This document shows positions 1 to 8,031 of a stretch of 29,338 nucleotides of DNA, one piece after another. A program made the position numbers and the translations under genes. The DNA lies in IMG/VR virus record IMGVR_UViG_3300037458_000308, positions 1 through 29,338 of that record. One strand, 5' to 3'. A model generated the notes under the pieces. The model searched no databases and was not told the DNA's origin. It saw only the letters and a program-made list of their open reading frames with translations. The DNA is from a virus. Its lineage: Duplodnaviria > Caudoviricetes. Position 1 is the stretch's first letter, and each line of letters starts with the position of its first letter.

Positions 1-109
1 TCGACTCGAACAGCCGCTGCTTGGCCTCCGCGGCGGCCACGGGGTCAGGGATGATCTTGTCGAGCAGCTTCCCGATTACCGGGACGGCAGCGATGAGAAA
101 TTGCAGCAC
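1..109 (-). CDS. Holin of the 3-TM (GTA_holin_3TM-like) family, 5' part only; runs off the window edge
   Basis: GTG at 109 preceded by SD AGGAGG. Translates MLQFLIAAVPVIGKLLDKIIPDPVAAAEAKQRLFES..., and the 'IGKLLDKIIPDP...AK' N-terminus is typical of this holin family. Lies near the endolysin. Not in the ORF track. Confidence 0.75.
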   Translation of the reverse strand, partial: MLQFLIAAVPVIGKLLDKIIPDPVAAAEAKQRLFES

Positions 110-121
110 GGTGGCCTCCTG

Positions 122-1330
122 TTAGATGCCGAGCCGCCGCGTCAGTTCGCGAACGGCGTCTTCTTCGTCCGGCGTGAGCACAACCGGCTTCTTCGGCGGC
201 GGCCGCAAGTCGATCAGTTCCTCCCACGGCACGTCGTAGCTCTTCCACGGCGGCACCGCCGCGCGCTCCGCCGGCAGCATCCCGGCGCGAGCCTCGACGG
301 CGCGCGATTCCGCCTCGCCCATGAGTTGCCTGTACCAATCGTAGGCCACTTGCTGCTGGATGGAGCTGTCCAGCTCCGGCGGTAGCTTGCTCACGGACTT
401 GACGTAGCTCTTGTACTCGCGCGCGATTTCCGGCGTGATCTCGTGCGACTGCCACGCCTGCATCGCGTACTCCTCGAGCGACAGCGGCTTCGTGATATCC
501 GCGCGCTTCGCCTTCAACATATCATATGCGCGCTTGTGCGCCTTCGGGTTGGTCGAGCCACCCCACATCCGCTTGTCGCGGAAGGCCATGTCAGACGAGC
601 CGCCGGGTGCGAAGCCTTCGGCACCCTGCACGGAGTGTTGCAGCTCGTGAAGCATCGTCCGGCGGGATTCCTCCGCCGAGCGCCCTGATTTCAGATACAG
701 CTCGCCGGCACCCTCGTTGAAGGCACCCTCGCCGCGCGCGCTCGGCGGCAACAGGCGCGTGCTTTGCGGCAGCCGGGCGCCGTACGCCGCCTCAAGCTCC
801 GGGTGCTGCATTAGACTGTTCTTGCCAACCGCTGGTCCGTAGTCGAGGTCGGCTGCCGCGCCGGTGGCGACAGGGATGTCGCTCGAGACGCCGCCGCGCG
901 GGTTGATGAGCGCCTTACTGTCGTCGATCTCGAAGCGCCATTCCTTGTCCGGCCCGCGATACCAGCCGGTGTCACGCCAGATCGCCTCGCGCGGCGCGCC
1001 CGCCTTCTCCATCTTCTGAGCCGCGTCCAGCTTCACCAAGTCCGCGGTGCGCGCGCCCTTGCCGGCGAGGATGCCCGCCGCTGCCGGCACGAACGGCAAC
1101 ATGCCGACAGCCGTTAGCGCGTAGTTCGCCGGCGTGCGGCTCTCGGGTTCGTTGGCGTACCGGTGCAGGTCCGAGAACAGCCCGACCGCGTCGCCGACGA
1201 CGGGCAGGGGCGTAGTCGCGAGCGCGGCCGCGTCGAGCGCGCCCTGCGACGTGACTTCCGGGTTCAGCGCGCCACCTGGGGCGGCGTCGCGCAGGTACTG
1301 CCAGAGCATGTCAACGAGGCTAGGCTTCAT
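122..1330 (-). CDS. LPD23-domain / zincin-like (HExxH) metallopeptidase protein, 402 aa
   Basis: Likely start MKPSLVD at 1330, overlapping the upstream stop (ATGA). Motifs: IWRDTGWYRGPDKEWRFEIDDS (LPD23-like), TMLHELQHSVQGAEGFAPGG (HExxH), YRQLMGEAESRAVEAR. Confidence 0.75.
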   Translation of the reverse strand: MKPSLVDMLWQYLRDAAPGGALNPEVTSQGALDAAALATTPLPVVGDAVGLFSDLHRYANEPESRTPANYALTAVGMLPFVPAAAGILAGKGARTADLVKLDAAQKMEKAGAPREAIWRDTGWYRGPDKEWRFEIDDSKALINPRGGVSSDIPVATGAAADLDYGPAVGKNSLMQHPELEAAYGARLPQSTRLLPPSARGEGAFNEGAGELYLKSGRSAEESRRTMLHELQHSVQGAEGFAPGGSSDMAFRDKRMWGGSTNPKAHKRAYDMLKAKRADITKPLSLEEYAMQAWQSHEITPEIAREYKSYVKSVSKLPPELDSSIQQQVAYDWYRQLMGEAESRAVEARAGMLPAERAAVPPWKSYDVPWEELIDLRPPPKKPVVLTPDEEDAVRELTRRLGI

Positions 1331-1578
1331 TTCGGCGTTACCTCTTGGAGTTTCGTGTCCCACTTCTGGCCCAGCTCTTTGAGCAGGGCGGTGTAGAGCT
1401 TGGAGCCCATGACGTAGGCGTCCGCCAACAGGGTCTCCGCTTCGGAGCGCTGGGGCTCCGGCAGCTGGTCGATGTACCGCCAGAGGGCGCGCTGCACGCC
1501 GCAGATCGTGTCGTAGTTCTGCGGGCCGTGCTGGGAGCGCAGCTGCATCAGCGCGCGCTCGGTGTTCAGGGCCGACAT
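1327..1578 (-). CDS. Hypothetical protein, 83 aa, helical
   Basis: MSALNTERALMQ...EVTPK. ATG overlaps the endolysin stop (TAATG) and its TGA overlaps the next ATG, indicating translational coupling on both sides. Confidence 0.7.
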   Translation of the reverse strand: MSALNTERALMQLRSQHGPQNYDTICGVQRALWRYIDQLPEPQRSEAETLLADAYVMGSKLYTALLKELGQKWDTKLQEVTPK

Positions 1579-2009
1579 TACTGCCACACCCCGGTGCGCA
1601 TTTGTTCCGCGAGCCGGCGGGCGCGCTCCGGCGTCTGCTGGGCCCACAAGCTGTCGAGCATGTACGTGGCGGCGTCGGCGTAGCGCCCGCTCTCGATCGC
1701 GAGCAGCGTGCGCCCAAACTTCAGGAGGCCGCCGACGCCGAGCTGGAACGCCATGTTGAGGAGCACGCCTTGGCGCGCCTCGTCGAGCTTCAGCCACCAC
1801 GGGAGCGTGCGGTTCAGCTCGGCCATCTTGTCGCGCAGGTCTTCCTCGAAGATCAGCTGCGAGATGCGCGGCGAGATGCGCCCGCCCTTGCGCGCGTCGA
1901 CCAAGTGCCCGATCCCGATCGTCCAGAAGCCGAGATGGTCTTGGTAGACGGACAGCTTCTCGCCCTCGTCGCGCCGAAGCTGGGTCGTGATGCTGTCGAC
2001 CAAACTCAT
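1578..2009 (-). CDS. Endolysin, phage lysozyme (GH24, T4 lysozyme-like)
   Basis: LRRDEGEKLSVYQDHLGFWTIGIGHL carries the E-x8-D-x5-T catalytic triad; also LLNMAFQLGVGGLLKF and SLWAQQTPERARRL. Confidence 0.95.
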   Translation of the reverse strand: MSLVDSITTQLRRDEGEKLSVYQDHLGFWTIGIGHLVDARKGGRISPRISQLIFEEDLRDKMAELNRTLPWWLKLDEARQGVLLNMAFQLGVGGLLKFGRTLLAIESGRYADAATYMLDSLWAQQTPERARRLAEQMRTGVWQ

Positions 2010-2596
2010 TGCGACACGTCCACCACCAAGACGAGATGACCCTCCGGCGCCGCGCGCGACGTGATGCCGAGCAGGTAGGCCCGGCCGCCGCGGACGATGA
2101 ACGCGCCGCCGCCGGAGTTACCGCCCGCCGCCGATGCCGTCACGAGGAGCAGGGCCTCGTTCTCGAAGATGACCGGCTCTTGTACGTCGCCGCGCGTCAG
2201 TACCTGCCCGATTCCGTACGGGTAGCCGACGATGATCACGGCCTCGTCCTGTTGCGCTTTGCCCTGCAGCAGCGGCGCGCACGGGCAATTGAGGCCCGGG
2301 ACTTCGACGCGGGCAAGGTCGGTGCCCGGGAAAATGTGCCACGAGCGGATCGGCAGCCACTTGCCGTTCTGTTCGACGCGGGCCACGCCTTCCTTCGCGC
2401 CGGGCTTGCAGTGCGCGGCCGTCAGCGCCACGCCCGGGCTGATCACCACGAGCGAGCACACGCCCGTCTTGGTTTCCATCCGCAGCGTCACCGCGCGCGC
2501 CTGTTGGTCGGGAGCACGTACGTCGTCGCCGGTCGCGGCACCCAAAAGGGTGAAGGCGAGGAGGAGGGCAAACAGGACGGTGATCGGGTGCTTCAC
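2006..2596 (-). CDS. Trypsin-like (S1) serine protease with N-terminal signal peptide
   Basis: Catalytic motifs LTAAHC, TDLARV and GGNSGGG. N-terminus MKHPITVLFALLLAFTLLGAA is a hydrophobic signal. SD AGGAG before GTG. Confidence 0.9.
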   Translation of the reverse strand: MKHPITVLFALLLAFTLLGAATGDDVRAPDQQARAVTLRMETKTGVCSLVVISPGVALTAAHCKPGAKEGVARVEQNGKWLPIRSWHIFPGTDLARVEVPGLNCPCAPLLQGKAQQDEAVIIVGYPYGIGQVLTRGDVQEPVIFENEALLLVTASAAGGNSGGGAFIVRGGRAYLLGITSRAAPEGHLVLVVDVSQ

Positions 2597-2607
2597 GGGC
2601 GGTGCTC

Positions 2608-3138
2608 CTAGTTGTTGATGTCGAGGGGTAGCGCGGAGATCAGGCGGAACGAGCGGACTTGCGCGAGGTCCGCGAACGTGACGGCTTCAATCTCGAATCC
2701 GTACTTGTTGACCGTGCGGCGAACCTTCGTCGCGATCTTGTCTTCCGGCGGGTTCGCGACCAGCTCCTCGTGCGCGTGCTCGCGCACCGCGGCCCGGATC
2801 GCGCCCATCGCAACGTCGGCGAGCGCGTCCTGCTGGTCGAAGATGTCGGTGATGAACGGCTTCACGTCGCGCACGCGGTAGCGCACGATCGCCGTGACGA
2901 CGACCACCTTGCCGTCCGCGGTCGTGAGTGTCTGCGGCGGGAGGCGCATCGTGGTCAGGCACGTGGTGATCTCGATCGCCTTCTCGACGAAGGGAATCTT
3001 CCAGTGGAAGCCCGGCGCGCACGTGCGGTTGTAGCGCCCGAAGCGCAGCACGCCCGCGTCTTGGTAGGCGTCCACGATGAAGCCGGGGGACGCCTTGTCC
3101 CAAAGCTGGATGATCAGGTCAATCAGCCGTTCAAACAT
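2608..3138 (-). CDS. SPFH / Band 7 / prohibitin-domain protein, 176 aa
   Basis: GVLRFGRYNRTCAPGFHWKIPFVE, QTLTTADGKVVVVTAIVRYRVRD and YGFEIEAVTFADL are SPFH signature segments. SD GGAGGAG. Confidence 0.9.
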   Translation of the reverse strand: MFERLIDLIIQLWDKASPGFIVDAYQDAGVLRFGRYNRTCAPGFHWKIPFVEKAIEITTCLTTMRLPPQTLTTADGKVVVVTAIVRYRVRDVKPFITDIFDQQDALADVAMGAIRAAVREHAHEELVANPPEDKIATKVRRTVNKYGFEIEAVTFADLAQVRSFRLISALPLDINN

Positions 3139-3156
3139 TCGCTCCTCCCACCCTTC

Positions 3157-3168
3157 TATTGTACCACG
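3157..3168 (-). promoter_or_regulatory. Putative extended -10 promoter (TGgTACAAT) for the SPFH-protease-lysis cassette
   Basis: Minus strand reads CGTGGTACAATA in the short intergenic gap, ~20 nt before the SPFH start. Resembles CGTGCTATACTG at the two other promoters. No canonical -35. Confidence 0.5.
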
Positions 3169-3174
3169 GGACGG

Positions 3175-3534
3175 CTATCGGGCGCCACTCAGCCGGCGGC
3201 GCTCCTCGAGCGCCTTGCGGAGCACTTCCGCGTTGCGCGCGTCCTGCGCGGCCTTCACGCGGCCGAGGAGGTCCTCGGACGGCTGCGCCCCGATCTTCGG
3301 CGCGGCGACGCTGGCGGGCGCCGGCGCGCGGGCCGCGGCGGGCGATCGGCCCAGCGTGGCGGCCATCTCGGCGATGTTGACCGCCGTCACGGGCACGCCT
3401 TGGCGCTTCAGCTCGGCGACCGCGGCGTCGCGCAGCTCCGGCGGGATCGAAGCGAGGATGCCGGCGCCTTCGGGGTTGGGCCGCCGCGGGCGCGTCCCGG
3501 GCGGGGCGTAGTCGGAGAAGAGTCCTTTGTCCAT
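3175..3534 (-). CDS. Hypothetical protein, 119 aa
   Basis: ORF with SD AGGAG, fills the gap between neighbouring genes, Ala/Pro linker. Confidence 0.7.
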   Translation of the reverse strand: MDKGLFSDYAPPGTRPRRPNPEGAGILASIPPELRDAAVAELKRQGVPVTAVNIAEMAATLGRSPAAARAPAPASVAAPKIGAQPSEDLLGRVKAAQDARNAEVLRKALEERRRLSGAR

Positions 3535-3546
3535 GACGTGCTCCTG

Positions 3547-3732
3547 TTAGCGGATGGTCAAGCCTTTGAGCGTGCCGTATGCGGCCACGCCGACGGCGGC
3601 GGTGACGAGCACCTTCCAGACGAGGGCCCATACGCCGCGGCCAAGGTTCGTGTAAAACTCGTCCTTCAGCGCCTTTGCCAGCGCCTCGATGTCCGCGTCC
3701 GTCAAGGATCGCGGCTTCTCTTCCGTCGACAT
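3547..3732 (-). CDS. Small single-TM membrane protein, 61 aa (holin/antiholin-like)
   Basis: MSTEEKPRSLTDADIEALAK...GVWALVWKVLVTAAVGVAAYGTLKGLTIR. SD GAGGAG upstream of the ATG at 3732. One hydrophobic C-terminal helix. Confidence 0.65.
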   Translation of the reverse strand: MSTEEKPRSLTDADIEALAKALKDEFYTNLGRGVWALVWKVLVTAAVGVAAYGTLKGLTIR

Positions 3733-3736
3733 GCTA

Positions 3737-6088
3737 CTACTCCTCTGCGGTGGCGGTCGAGCCCGCCGGGTTGCGATGCTCTTCCATGTCCGCGAGGACT
3801 TCGTCCACCGCGTCTGCGTCAAGGTTCCGCACGATCTCGCCGAAGGCGGCCGCGGCGGCAGAGGCGCCGGCGGGCGTCGGCGTCTGCGCGCCGCGCATGA
3901 ATTTCTGAAGGCTGCGCCGCACGCCTACGTCGCCGCGGGTGAGCGCGGTCGCATAGCCCGCGGACACCAGCCGCATGAGCAACGCGACGGGCGCCATCGC
4001 CGGGTTGATCTTCGCGGACGCGAAGCCGACGCCGAATTCGCCGGCCGCGGCGCGCTTGACTAGCTCACCGCCGACCAGCGACAGGTTGCTGCGCATCGCG
4101 ATGCGCGACGCTTCGCGCAGGAGGTCGAGGTCTTGGGCCAGCTTGTCGCCCGCGCCGGGCATGATCGTCGCGAAGGTGCGCGCGAATTCTTCGTCCTGAA
4201 GGCGCTTCGTGAAGGTGGCCGCGGCCGCCGGGTCGTTGATCGCCTCGCGCAGGAAATTGCGGGCGAGCGATTCGCGCAGCTGCGCGCCGGCCTGCTTCGT
4301 GACAGCGCCTTCCTCGACCCCTTTGGCGACGAGCGCGTTGAACCGCTCGATCTCGCTCACGTTCCCCGTGCGGAAGAAGTGCTTGCCGATGTCCTCGGGG
4401 TTCTTGTCGAGAGCCTTCGCGATGTCGTCGTCGAATTTGATCTCGGCGAGTTTGCGGTACGCCTCGCGCGCTTCGAGCAGGTCGTCGTACACCTTCTTGC
4501 TGCCGCCCGTGCGCGCGGCCTTCTCGTACGCCTCTTCGCCGGCGGTCGTGATCGCGTTCACGATCGTCTTGAAGTAGGGGGTGGGCGGTCCTTCCTGCGA
4601 CATGGCGCGCGACTTCGCCTTCGCGCCGCTCAGGAAATCGAGCACCGCCTCGGGCGTGTTCAGCGCGTACTTGTACTCCGGCCCTGCCGCCAGCTCTTCC
4701 GGCGACGGGGTGGCGCGGTCCAGACGCAGGCCCGGGCGATAGCGGCCCTCGCGCGCCGCCGGGATCGGCTCGAAGAGGTCGCCGGCTTCGTCGGGCCCGG
4801 CTTGCTTCTCGTCCACCAGCCGGCGCAGAAACTTGCGCTCGTTGTCGTTCAGGAGCGCCTCGGCAGACTCCGCCTCTTTGTCGAGGTACTCCTTCGCGAG
4901 CCGGCGCATCTCGCTCGGGTCGATTTCGATGTCGGCCTTCGCGGCGGCCTCGAAGGCCGGGCGCGTGCGGGCTTTCACCGCCGCTTCCGTCTTGCGGGCG
5001 AGGGTCGTAAACTCCTCGCCGGTGCGCTTGGCGAGCCCGGTGTCGGCCGTGTCCAGCACGTCCTTGCGAAGGCTCTCGGCGGCTTCGTACATCGCCTGCC
5101 CTTGCTCGGCGTAGCGGTTCTGATCGACGGCGCGCGACACGCCCTCGGAGAACCCCGGCTTGCCCTTGATCTGGCCCGGGGTGGGCAATTCGCCACCGGC
5201 GCGCGCGGACAGCTCGCGCACCGCCGCGGGCGCCTGCACCGCGAGCTTCGCCTCCGGCACGGAGCGGTTCGCCGGCAGCGGAACGCCTTCCGTCGACACC
5301 GCGGCCTCGACTTTCTTGGCCGCCTCCTCCGCCGCTACCTTGGCGCGCTGTTCCGTGGCTTCGCCGTGAACGCGCTTCGTGAGCGCGTCCCACGCCTTCT
5401 TGCTGATCGGGGTGCGGAGCAGCTTCCCGCCGACCATGAAGAACAGGGTGCCGACGCCGTCCCACATGGCGTCTTCCACGGCGCCTTCGTGGGCGTGCCG
5501 GATCGCATCCTCTTCGCTGACGGGGATGCTGCGCGTCTTCGCCAGCTCAACGTCGATGCGCGAGCCGGCCTTGCTGCCGAGATAGGCGCCGATCGCGGAC
5601 CCGGCGCCGGCGGTCAGCGCGGACACGCCGGGGATCGGGACGAGCCCGCCGGCGATACCGCCGAGGACACCCCCGATCGCGGAGCCAACGGTGCGCGCGG
5701 TCGAGCCGACGCCAGCCTTGTCCGCGTCCTTCTCGAGCTGGGCGATCCGGCTATCGTAGCCCGCGGTCACGTCGCGGAACGCGGCGGGATCGTTCACGCC
5801 GTCGATCTGCATCTGGCGGATGGTCGCGCGCCGCTCGTCCTTCAGGCGGCCGATCTCCGTCTCGATGTCGGCGCGCTCCTGCTGGCGCTCGTCGAAGGTT
5901 TTGATCGGGGCGGATTTGTCCACCGTGGCTGGACCTTTCGCGCGGTAGTCGCGCGGGTCGCTGTAATCGGGCGCCGGACGTGCGGGAGCAGCGCCATACT
6001 GCTTCCGCATGGCGCGCTTGATGACTTCGTCGGACGTGCCGTCAGGAAACTCGTTGACGACACCGTCCGGGCCTTCGATCTCGATCAT
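3737..6088 (-). CDS. Large internal virion / DNA ejection protein, 783 aa
   Basis: Start MIEIEGPDGVVNEFPDGTSDEVIKRAM at 6088, ATGA overlap with the upstream stop; the upstream part of the track ORF is spurious. Gly/Ala-rich hydrophobic segment (GSAIGGVLGGIAGGLVPIPG), long helical body, last gene of the tail module. Confidence 0.75.
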   Translation of the reverse strand: MIEIEGPDGVVNEFPDGTSDEVIKRAMRKQYGAAPARPAPDYSDPRDYRAKGPATVDKSAPIKTFDERQQERADIETEIGRLKDERRATIRQMQIDGVNDPAAFRDVTAGYDSRIAQLEKDADKAGVGSTARTVGSAIGGVLGGIAGGLVPIPGVSALTAGAGSAIGAYLGSKAGSRIDVELAKTRSIPVSEEDAIRHAHEGAVEDAMWDGVGTLFFMVGGKLLRTPISKKAWDALTKRVHGEATEQRAKVAAEEAAKKVEAAVSTEGVPLPANRSVPEAKLAVQAPAAVRELSARAGGELPTPGQIKGKPGFSEGVSRAVDQNRYAEQGQAMYEAAESLRKDVLDTADTGLAKRTGEEFTTLARKTEAAVKARTRPAFEAAAKADIEIDPSEMRRLAKEYLDKEAESAEALLNDNERKFLRRLVDEKQAGPDEAGDLFEPIPAAREGRYRPGLRLDRATPSPEELAAGPEYKYALNTPEAVLDFLSGAKAKSRAMSQEGPPTPYFKTIVNAITTAGEEAYEKAARTGGSKKVYDDLLEAREAYRKLAEIKFDDDIAKALDKNPEDIGKHFFRTGNVSEIERFNALVAKGVEEGAVTKQAGAQLRESLARNFLREAINDPAAAATFTKRLQDEEFARTFATIMPGAGDKLAQDLDLLREASRIAMRSNLSLVGGELVKRAAAGEFGVGFASAKINPAMAPVALLMRLVSAGYATALTRGDVGVRRSLQKFMRGAQTPTPAGASAAAAAFGEIVRNLDADAVDEVLADMEEHRNPAGSTATAEE

Positions 6089-7488
6089 TCCAGCTCTCCG
6101 GTAGCCGGGTTGAAGCGGCGGCGCTGCTTGCCGGCAGCGGGCGCTGCGGCCGGTGCGGCGGGCGCTGCGGCCGGTGCGCGCGGCGCGCGGCGCGCGGCAG
6201 AGGGCGCGGGCTGGGGCGCGGCGGGCATCGCTTCCGCGGCCGACTGAGCGGCGCGCACGTCCGGCTCGAGGTTGTCCACCGCGAAGCCGCCGTGTTTCTG
6301 CGTCGTCCAGTAGCTGTTCAGCTCCTGCGCGGCCGCTTCCGCCTGCTGGCGCAGCGTGCGGATCACCTGCTGCGGGTCGTCGCCGATGCTCGCCTTGATC
6401 TGCGCGAAGGCCGACTTCTCGCCGGCGGTGAGGGTCGCGCCGTAGATCGCCTTGCGGATCGCGGTCATGATGCGCGCGTACGCTTCCCACCAAGCCACGG
6501 CGTCGCGGTTGTCGCCGTACAGGCGCTGCATCGACTGCACCTGATCCTCGAGCCCGAGAGCCGTTCCGATCTTCGAGAAGAAGCCGCCGGAGAAGTCCGC
6601 GCGGAACGTCCCGGCGAGGCGCGCGAGGCTCTGCAGCTGGTCCTTGACTGCCGCGAACGCGGCCACCTGCTGCGAAGTGAGCTGCTTGCCGTCCTTCGCC
6701 TTGTCCTGCTTGTCCTGCGCGCGCCGGTTGTCGGCTGCCTGATCCTCGGACATGGGCTTCGCGCCCTTGGTGATCTCGCGGACGGTGTTCCCCTGCGCGT
6801 CGAGCACGACGACCTTGTCGCCGGCGTCCGCGAGCTTCACGGAGCCACCCGCGGCTTTAACTTTCGCGTCCAAGGCCCTGATCAGGTTCTCGATCGCGAT
6901 CTCTTTCGTCTTGTAGCCCGGATCGGCGGGGTCGCCCTTCAGAAGCTCGTCTTGGAGGCGCTGAATCTCGTCCGTGAGCTGCACCAGCTCGGACCCCATA
7001 CGAGATAGTTTAGCACGGGCGAGCTTGTTCCGCTCGTCGGCGTCCGCCCGACGCTGGTCGACCGCTGCTTGGCCCGTGGCGGCCTTTTGCGCCCCGATCC
7101 GCTGCGCTTGGTACTCTTTCTGCACCTGCGCCGCCTCGAAGGGCATCTTTTGCGCGATCAGGGCCCGAATCACGGCCGGATAGAACCGATCCGCGAATTT
7201 CGGGTCCGCCGGGTCGATCCCGCCCAGCTCCCGGGCGACCGCGGCCTTCACTTCCTCGATCTTGGCCGCGTTCACTTCCTCTTTCGAGCGCGTGTCGACG
7301 CCCAGCGCGCCGCCGGCGAGCTGTCCGAGCCCTTTTCCGACCATCCGGCCGCCTTGGGCCGCCGTGTAGGCCGCCGCATCGCCGAGGGAGAGCCGCGCGC
7401 GCTCGAGATCGAGCCGTTCCTGCGCGTTTTCCTCGTATGCGAGGTCGCGGTAGGTCGGTTGGGGCAGAAAATCGAACATTCCGGCCAT
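6085..7488 (-). CDS. Internal virion / ejection protein, 467 aa
   Basis: Helical and coiled-coil Ala/Gln/Lys-rich protein in the ejection-protein position. SD AAGGAG. Confidence 0.7.
   Translation of the reverse strand: MAGMFDFLPQPTYRDLAYEENAQERLDLERARLSLGDAAAYTAAQGGRMVGKGLGQLAGGALGVDTRSKEEVNAAKIEEVKAAVARELGGIDPADPKFADRFYPAVIRALIAQKMPFEAAQVQKEYQAQRIGAQKAATGQAAVDQRRADADERNKLARAKLSRMGSELVQLTDEIQRLQDELLKGDPADPGYKTKEIAIENLIRALDAKVKAAGGSVKLADAGDKVVVLDAQGNTVREITKGAKPMSEDQAADNRRAQDKQDKAKDGKQLTSQQVAAFAAVKDQLQSLARLAGTFRADFSGGFFSKIGTALGLEDQVQSMQRLYGDNRDAVAWWEAYARIMTAIRKAIYGATLTAGEKSAFAQIKASIGDDPQQVIRTLRQQAEAAAQELNSYWTTQKHGGFAVDNLEPDVRAAQSAAEAMPAAPQPAPSAARRAPRAPAAAPAAPAAAPAAGKQRRRFNPATGELE
6137..6178. 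repeat. Perfect 21-bp tandem duplication encoding an Ala/Pro linker (APAAAPA x2)
   Basis: gcgggcgctgcggccggtgcg occurs at 6137-6157 and 6158-6178. Confidence 0.9.
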
Positions 7489-7500
7489 GTGAGGCTCCTT

Positions 7501-8031
7501 TTACAGCCAGTAACGGGACCGCTCGTCGTCGATGAAGAACGAATCGAACGGGGAAACGCGGTTGGTGGTGTCGAACAGGCCCGGGAACCAGTTCTTGTCG
7601 GCGGCGAAGACGTTGCCGATGCCGCCCGGGGTGCGCTGCTGCTGCGGCGCGGGCGTTTCGAGGAGGCCCGAGGCGCTGACCGGGGCGCCAGCGCGCCGGA
7701 GCGCGTCGACGCGGGCCTTGGCGGCCTCTTCCGGGGTCGCCGCGGTCATCTGCTGCGACTGCTGGAGCCCTTTCTGCTGCTGCATGGGCGCGCCGGGGGC
7801 CTGCCCGGGGATCGGGAGCATCCCGGGGCCCGGCTGGGGCGCTCCGGGGGCGCCTGCGGCCGCGCCTGCGGGCGCCTGCGGCTGTCCGAAGCCGGGCGGC
7901 AGGGGAAGCATCCCCGGCTGCGGCGGCTGCGGCTGGGCGCCGCCCTGCGCGCCGGGCGCGCGCTGCTGCTGCAGCATCGCCATGAACCGCTGGCGAAGCT
8001 CCGGGGGAAGCTGATTCGGGTCGAAGGCCAT
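7501..8031 (-). CDS. Pro/Gln/Gly-rich low-complexity protein, 176 aa; probable internal virion protein
   Basis: ATG directly follows the upstream TAA. Contains QPGMLPLPPG / GPGMLPIPG repeats. Lies between ejection genes. Confidence 0.65.
   Translation of the reverse strand: MAFDPNQLPPELRQRFMAMLQQQRAPGAQGGAQPQPPQPGMLPLPPGFGQPQAPAGAAAGAPGAPQPGPGMLPIPGQAPGAPMQQQKGLQQSQQMTAATPEEAAKARVDALRRAGAPVSASGLLETPAPQQQRTPGGIGNVFAADKNWFPGLFDTTNRVSPFDSFFIDDERSRYWL

Noticed and set aside
6089-6493. N-terminal extensions of track ORFs (3737-6493; likewise 122-1717, 1327-1800, 15874-16398, 19306-19827, 23119-23733)
   Set aside because: They overlap upstream genes in another frame. Internal starts with SD or stop/start coupling fit better.
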